Below are positions 58,570-64,000 of a stretch of 64,000 bases of DNA, in pieces. The stretch is from positions 41,603 to 105,602 of the forward strand of contig JACPPA010000027.1 of assembly GCA_016191285.1 (NCBI GenBank), read 5' to 3'. Below the pieces are notes generated by a model that was not told the DNA's origin, did no database searches, and was given only the letters and a program-made list of their open reading frames with translations. Position 1 is the first letter of the stretch. Every line of letters starts with the position of its first letter. The DNA is from Gammaproteobacteria bacterium. Its GTDB lineage: Bacteria; Pseudomonadota; Gammaproteobacteria; Ga0077536. The position numbers and the translations under genes are program-made.

Positions 58570-61216
58570 AAAGCGCCGGCTAGCGGAAATCAAAGCGGGG
58601 CGGAGCGAATGGCAAACCTGGGGACCTTATGTCAGCGAACGCGCGTGGGGCACGGTACGCGAGGACTACAGCCGCGATGGCTCGGCGTGGAGTCATCTAA
58701 CGCACGACATGGCGCGCAGCCGCGCCTATCGCTGGGGTGAGGACGGGCTCGCCGGCGTGTGCGATCGTTACCAACTGCTGTGTTTCGGGTTGGCGCTGTG
58801 GAACGGTCGCGATCCCATTCTTAAAGAGCGGGCCTTCGGTCTGGTCCCCGCGGAAGGGAACCATGGGGAAGACTTGAAAGAGTATTACTTCTATCTCGAC
58901 AGCACGCCGACCCATAGCTACATGAAGTACCTGTACAAATATCCTCAGCGTGAATATCCGTATCAAGAACTCATCGACGAGAACCAGCGGCGCGCCGGCC
59001 GCGGCGCGGAATTCGAGTTGTTGGATACCGGAATTTTCGATGAGGATCGCTACTTCGACGTCTTCGTCGAATACGCCAAGGCGGGTCCGGACGATCTGTG
59101 TATTCGCATCGAAGCCTGCAACCGGGGACCCGACGAGGCGACGCTGCATCTGCTGCCGCAGCTGTGGTTTCGCAATACCTGGTCGTGGGGCGAGGAGCGG
59201 CGACGCGCTCCGGTAATCGCGTTGGCGGAGAACGAAGGAGCGCGGTGTTTGCTGGCCGATGACCGCGCCAGCGACGGGCTCGATAATCTGCCCTTCCGCT
59301 ATCAGCTCGGGCCGCGCCGGTTATCCGGTGAAGCGGATGGCACGCCGCTCTTCACTGATAACGAAACCAATGTCGCCAAACTTTATGGCGCGGCGGAGAA
59401 CGGCCGCATCTACGTTAAAGACGCCTTCCATCGCCATGTGATCCACGGTGAGCCGGCCGTGAACCCGGCGCTTAAAGGGACGAAGTCGTGTTTGCATTAT
59501 GTGCGAGAAGTCGCGGCCGGTGCCTCGACCGTGGTGTGCTTGCGCCTCACGTCCGAAAAACTCCGCGCGCCCTTAGCCGAGGTCGACAAAATCGTCGCGC
59601 TGCGCAAACGCGAGGCCGACGAGTTTTATGCATCGATTCACCCGGCCGGCGCGAGCGAAGACGAGCGACGTATTCAGCGCCAGGCTTTTGCCGGGATGCT
59701 GTGGTCGAAACAAAATTATATTTTCGACGTTGATCGCTGGTTGAAGGGCGATAACCCCACCGCGCCACCGCCCGCGTCGCGCGCGAACATCCGCAACAAG
59801 CATTGGCGGCATCTGAACTCGATGCGCGTACTGTCGATGCCCGATAAATGGGAGTACCCCTGGTTCGCGGCGTGGGATCTCGCCTTTCACACCATTGCCA
59901 TCGCGCTGATCGACGCTGAATTCGCCAAGGAGCAGCTGTGGTTCATGCTGTTCGAGCAGTTTCAGCATCCGAATGGACAGATCCCGGCCTACGAATGGGA
60001 GTTCTCCGATCTCAATCCGCCGGTGCATCCGTGGGCCGTCTGGCGCGTCTACAACATGGATCGTATCCGCGCCGGCCACGCTGATCGCCCGTTTCTCGAA
60101 AAATGCTTTCATAAATTACTGATCAATTTTGCGTGGTGGATCAACAAGGTCGATAGCAGCGGGAACAATATTTTTGAAGGCGGATTTCTCGGTCTCGATA
60201 ACATTACGTTGTTCGATCGCTCGGAGCGCTTGCCGGGTGGCGCGGTGTTGGAACAATCCGATGCCACCGGGTGGATGGGGCTGTTCTGTCTCAGCATGAT
60301 GCGCATTGCGCTTGAACTCGCGAAGGACAATTCCACTTACGAAAGTCTCGCCACCAAATTCTTTCAACACTACATCTACGTCGGCGCGGCGATGAAGCGG
60401 ATGGGCGGGCGTAACTACAATTTATGGGACGAAGACGAGGGGTTTTTCTACGATGTATTGCGCTATCCGGACGGTAATTTCGAGAAGCTCCGCGTACGCT
60501 CGCTGGTAGGGCTCATCCCGCTGTACGCAGTAGAACGTCTGGAGACCGATTGGATCTCGAAGTACAAGGAGTTCACCACCAGCCTCAATTGGTTTCTTGA
60601 GAACCGTCAGGACCTGGTTCAACACTGCGTTAATCGGATTAAGCGTGAGGGCCAGGTCGAGACGTTGGCGCTGACCATCGTCGATCGAACGCAGCTCGAG
60701 CGCATGCTCGCGCGGCTCTGCGATCCGGAGGAGTTTCTCTCGGACTATGGTCTGCGTAGTCTGTCGAAAACCCATTTGGCGCAGCCCTTCACCCTCGGCC
60801 ATAACCAGGTCATGTACGAACCGGGGGAAGCGGACTGCAAAATCAAAGGCGGTAATTCGAATTGGCGCGGGCCGATTTGGTTCCCGACGGCCTTCTTGAT
60901 GATCGAGTCGCTGCGCAAGCTCGCCAAAGCCTACGGCTCCGACATGACGGTGACCGGCAGCGACGGCCGCCAGTGGACCATCGGCGAAATCGCCGCGACC
61001 TATGCGGATCGATTGATCGCCATTTTCGCGCGTGACGCCACTGGGAACCGCCCGGTGTATGGACATCTCGCGAAATTTCAGACCGATCCACACTGGCGTG
61101 ACTATCTGACGTTTTTCGAATACTTTCACGGCGACACCGGTGCCGGTCTCGGCGCCTCGCATCAAACCGGATGGACGGGTCTGGTCGCGTCGTTGATCGC
61201 GGAATGGCGCGAGTGA
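58556..61216 (+). CDS. GH63-like (MGH1-type) glucosidase-family protein
   Basis: 886 aa. The N-terminal block is [21 protein letters not shown]...AYRWGEDG. The C-terminal region has (alpha/alpha)6-type motifs ([26 protein letters not shown]). The start overlaps the GH13-like gene by 14 nt. Confidence 0.6.
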   Translation: MASDEKRRLAEIKAGRSEWQTWGPYVSERAWGTVREDYSRDGSAWSHLTHDMARSRAYRWGEDGLAGVCDRYQLLCFGLALWNGRDPILKERAFGLVPAEGNHGEDLKEYYFYLDSTPTHSYMKYLYKYPQREYPYQELIDENQRRAGRGAEFELLDTGIFDEDRYFDVFVEYAKAGPDDLCIRIEACNRGPDEATLHLLPQLWFRNTWSWGEERRRAPVIALAENEGARCLLADDRASDGLDNLPFRYQLGPRRLSGEADGTPLFTDNETNVAKLYGAAENGRIYVKDAFHRHVIHGEPAVNPALKGTKSCLHYVREVAAGASTVVCLRLTSEKLRAPLAEVDKIVALRKREADEFYASIHPAGASEDERRIQRQAFAGMLWSKQNYIFDVDRWLKGDNPTAPPPASRANIRNKHWRHLNSMRVLSMPDKWEYPWFAAWDLAFHTIAIALIDAEFAKEQLWFMLFEQFQHPNGQIPAYEWEFSDLNPPVHPWAVWRVYNMDRIRAGHADRPFLEKCFHKLLINFAWWINKVDSSGNNIFEGGFLGLDNITLFDRSERLPGGAVLEQSDATGWMGLFCLSMMRIALELAKDNSTYESLATKFFQHYIYVGAAMKRMGGRNYNLWDEDEGFFYDVLRYPDGNFEKLRVRSLVGLIPLYAVERLETDWISKYKEFTTSLNWFLENRQDLVQHCVNRIKREGQVETLALTIVDRTQLERMLARLCDPEEFLSDYGLRSLSKTHLAQPFTLGHNQVMYEPGEADCKIKGGNSNWRGPIWFPTAFLMIESLRKLAKAYGSDMTVTGSDGRQWTIGEIAATYADRLIAIFARDATGNRPVYGHLAKFQTDPHWRDYLTFFEYFHGDTGAGLGASHQTGWTGLVASLIAEWRE

Positions 61217-61277
61217 GCCGGCCGTTGTTCACGCGACAACTTCGCTCGTCGATGACCCTGGAGACTAACGAGGAACC

Positions 61278-62087
61278 ATGATGAGTTATCAACCATTGCA
61301 GGGGCAGAAAGCCTTGGTGACTGGCGCGAGTTCAGGCATCGGCGCTGGTGTGGCCGTGGCGTTGGCCGCGGCGGGCGCCGAGGTCGTGGTCAACTATGCG
61401 TCGAGTGTCGCAGGAGCTGAAAAAGTGGTCGATGAGATTCAAGCCGCGGGAGGCAAGGCGCTCGCGCTCAAGGCCGACGTTTCGAATGAAGTCGAGGTGG
61501 CGGCGATGTTCAGCGCGATGTTTGCCGCCTGCGGCACCATCGACATTCTCGTTAACAATGCCGGGTTGCAACAAGACGCCTTGTTCGAGGACATGACGCT
61601 CGCGCAGTGGAACCGGGTCATTGGCGTCAATCTAACCGGCATGTTTTTGTGCAGTCAGCTCGCCGTGCGCGAAATGCGGCGTCGCGGACCCGATCCCGCG
61701 CTGTCCAAGGCGACTGGAAAAATTATCTGTATGTCGTCCGTGCATGAGATCATTCCGTGGGCCGGACACGTGAACTATGCAGCATCGAAAGGTGGCGTGA
61801 AGCTCTTCATGCAAAGCCTCGCGCAGGAAGTCGCGCCACATCGGATCAGAGTTAACTCAGTCGGGCCGGGCGCGATTCAAACACCCATCAACCGTGCTGC
61901 CTGGGACACCCCCGAGGCCTTGCAGGCACTGTTGAAACTCATTCCGTATGGACGCATCGGGAGTCCGGAAGATATCGGCAAGGCCGCGGTCTGGCTAGCG
62001 TCTGACGACGCTGACTACGTGACTGGTCAAACTATTTTTGTTGATGGTGGCATGACGCTATATCCCGAGTTCGCGGATGGCGGTTAA
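61278..62087 (+). CDS. Short-chain dehydrogenase/reductase (glucose 1-dehydrogenase-like)
   Basis: VTGASSGIG, NNAG and the S...YAASK catalytic motif. Confidence 0.8.
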   Translation: MMSYQPLQGQKALVTGASSGIGAGVAVALAAAGAEVVVNYASSVAGAEKVVDEIQAAGGKALALKADVSNEVEVAAMFSAMFAACGTIDILVNNAGLQQDALFEDMTLAQWNRVIGVNLTGMFLCSQLAVREMRRRGPDPALSKATGKIICMSSVHEIIPWAGHVNYAASKGGVKLFMQSLAQEVAPHRIRVNSVGPGAIQTPINRAAWDTPEALQALLKLIPYGRIGSPEDIGKAAVWLASDDADYVTGQTIFVDGGMTLYPEFADGG

Positions 62088-62186
62088 ACAGTGGCAGTGT
62101 GCTGTACCTCGCGGTAGGGAAAAGCGCAGCGCCTTCCGCCGTCGTCTGTTTCGACGTAACGCTCTAAATCGCGATCGGGTTACGTC

Positions 62187-63482
62187 ATGATAATGCTGCG
62201 CGCCACCGACGATTCATTGCGCCCGCGTCCCGTTCGTCAATGGATTGCTGACAATCTCGGGCTCGCCTTGATGCTATCCATGCTCGCGTTGTTCAGCAGC
62301 AAAGCGCATGGGAATATTCCGGCCGCCATCATGGCCTTGCTCGGCTTCTATCGGCTGTGGGTGGCGCCGCGCGGCGTGACCCACGATCCCTGCGGCCGGC
62401 TCCTGCTCGCGCTCTTTGCCTGTCTTTGGATCCCCATGCTCTTGGCGCTTCCGGACGCAGTCAATCGCACGCGCGCCATTCAAACGACTATTCCGTATCT
62501 GCGTTATCTCGGGATGGGCGTTTTTGTGCTGCACGAATGCCGGCGTCCGGCGTTCTGGTCGAAACTTAATCTTGGCGCGTTCGTGATCATCACGTTCTGG
62601 TGTATTGATGCCTTGATCCAATACTTCTTAGGTCATGATCTGTTTGGGTATCCCGGGATTCCTGAAACCATCACCGGCGTGTTTTACCCTGAAATCAAGC
62701 TCGGGCACGTGACGGCGGCGCTCTCGGCGCTGTATTTCCACGGGATCTATACGTATCGCAAGCGCTGGCCTTGGGTCTGGTGTTTGATTGTCCCGTTGGT
62801 CATGGTCATTGCGCTCAGTGGCCGGCGGGCCGCGTGGATCATGTTGGCCGTGAGCATGGTTGGCTATGCCGGTTATCTATTACGCCAAGCCGGCGACCGC
62901 AAGATCTTGCAGCGTCAGCTCGCGGCGATTGGCGCAGTGCTCATCGTCGCCACGGCGTTCACGGTCGCGGGAAATCCGTCGCTTCAGTACCGGGTCAAGG
63001 TGACGCTTGGTCTATTCAGTGGCGATTACGCGACCGTCAACACCGCCACGGCCTCGCGTCTCACTGTGTGGACTACCGCGACGAATATCATCCGCGACCA
63101 TTGGGTTAACGGTATTGGCCCGCGGGGCTATCGCTTCGTCTACACCCAGTACAGCGCCGCGGACGATCCGTTTCATGTGCATGGTCAAACGCACCCGCAC
63201 CAACTCGTACTCGAAGTCCTAACCGAAACGGGTGTGATCGGCTTGGTCGGCCTCGTGCTGTTCTGTGTCATCGCAGCGCGTTTCGTGCGCACACATCGTC
63301 TAGGCAATGAGCTCTTTCCGTGGCTACTCGCTGTGATCACGGCGACTTTCCCGTTCAATACGCATATGGCGTTTTACGGCTCATATTGGTCGTCCATGAT
63401 CTGGTGGCTGATTTTGGTCGCGTTGGCGGGCGTTGTGGAGCATATGACACCGCGGCCGGAATTCAGTTACCGGCGTGGCTAG
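62187..63482 (+). CDS. O-antigen ligase / polymerase (Wzy_C) family membrane protein
   Basis: Polytopic, with ~10 or more TM segments. It carries the Wzy_C-type motif HPHQLVLEVLTETGVIGLVGLVLF. Confidence 0.6.
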   Translation: MIMLRATDDSLRPRPVRQWIADNLGLALMLSMLALFSSKAHGNIPAAIMALLGFYRLWVAPRGVTHDPCGRLLLALFACLWIPMLLALPDAVNRTRAIQTTIPYLRYLGMGVFVLHECRRPAFWSKLNLGAFVIITFWCIDALIQYFLGHDLFGYPGIPETITGVFYPEIKLGHVTAALSALYFHGIYTYRKRWPWVWCLIVPLVMVIALSGRRAAWIMLAVSMVGYAGYLLRQAGDRKILQRQLAAIGAVLIVATAFTVAGNPSLQYRVKVTLGLFSGDYATVNTATASRLTVWTTATNIIRDHWVNGIGPRGYRFVYTQYSAADDPFHVHGQTHPHQLVLEVLTETGVIGLVGLVLFCVIAARFVRTHRLGNELFPWLLAVITATFPFNTHMAFYGSYWSSMIWWLILVALAGVVEHMTPRPEFSYRRG

Positions 63483-63547
63483 TGGGCTAGTCTCGTTATG
63501 TCGGCAAGGTCACCAAGATCGCGACCTACGTGGCGTCGACGATAGCT

Positions 63548-63952
63548 TTATGCTGTTCCTACGGGTTCATAAAGGCAGTAAATCTTAGTTCGCTTCTGCC
63601 AGCCGGTTACCTTTATAGTGCGCAACCAATTCGGTAGGCTTTGATAAATTTTTCGAAACCCATCGCGAGGCCCGCAAGCCTCGGCATTCTTGAACGATCC
63701 CTGAGCGAGCACTGCTGATCCCGCGGTCCGCATGTCACCGAGCCGCGGACTGGTCACCTGTGTTGGCCGCATCACGTTGAGCGTCCGTCGCTTATAAAAA
63801 TTATTGTGCAATTCAAAGAAGGAATAAGGATCGTTGTCGCTTAATACATAAAGATTACGATAATTGCGTTCGTAAATAACCTCGAATAAACGGATCTGCG
63901 ATCGCGACGGTATGAAGCAAACAAGACCTAGCAAGACGAAATTGAGCACCAC
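63548..63952 (-). CDS. Hypothetical protein in an AT-rich segment; the frame stays open to the window edge
   Basis: GTG at 63952, but the frame continues without a stop to nt 64000 (...RWFARSF-VLNFVLLGLVCFI, signal-anchor-like). No family recognised. Confidence 0.35.
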   Translation of the reverse strand: MVLNFVLLGLVCFIPSRSQIRLFEVIYERNYRNLYVLSDNDPYSFFELHNNFYKRRTLNVMRPTQVTSPRLGDMRTAGSAVLAQGSFKNAEACGPRDGFRKIYQSLPNWLRTIKVTGWQKRTKIYCLYEPVGTA

Positions 63953-64000
63953 AAAAGAACGCGCGAACCAGCGTGAGGCGTTCGCGATGCGATTTCCCGT

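Noticed and set aside
60422-61165. 247-aa minus-strand ORF
   Set aside because: It is antisense to the GH63-like gene and has no recognisable features.

Overview
This is a roughly 58-60% GC chromosomal segment. Conserved gene neighbourhoods (mutS-fdxA, prmB-aroC, ribF/lspA/ispH, fimU-pilVWXY1E) point to a hopanoid-producing gammaproteobacterium. Most of the window is core housekeeping: mutS, fdxA, htpG, prmB, aroC, glcEF, dxs, ispB, rplU-rpmA-obg-proB, rpsT, murJ, ribF, lspA, ispH, tRNA-Pro(CGG) and tRNA-Thr(CGU). There are also five other blocks. (1) An FHA / PP2C / CHASE2-Ser/Thr-kinase signalling triad at the left edge. (2) A split hopanoid locus. One part is mlaA-hpnM-hpnB-hpnH. The other is a tightly coupled nine-gene operon in which sqs, hpnG and hpnA are interleaved with a full 2-aminoethylphosphonate pathway (PEP mutase fused to a nucleotidyltransferase, phosphonopyruvate decarboxylase, AEP transaminase), a second LicC-like nucleotidyltransferase, a CDP-alcohol phosphatidyltransferase and a 2OG-oxygenase-like protein. 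This is my best candidate for an undescribed system: a phosphonate head group linked to hopanoid or membrane-lipid biosynthesis. (3) A type IV pilus minor-pilin operon with a 1733-aa PilY1. (4) A ~4.9 kb decayed islet downstream of tRNA-Thr, ending at a 53-bp duplicate of the tRNA 3' half. It carries hicBA, a parB remnant, a SLOG/MoCo-carrier-like gene, an XRE regulator, a lipoprotein and a degenerate IS66. It also holds two inverted copies of a ~140-bp five-hairpin repeat with compensatory stem substitutions. (5) A right-hand block with a flavin monooxygenase, a Rieske oxygenase, GH13-like and GH63-like hydrolases, an SDR and an O-antigen-ligase-like protein. I also propose a GGA-rich Rsm/Csr-like sRNA convergent with fdxA, and a REP family confined to convergent intergenic regions. 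I saw no rRNA, CRISPR array or intact prophage. All calls come from reading the sequence and the supplied ORF track. No database search was run.
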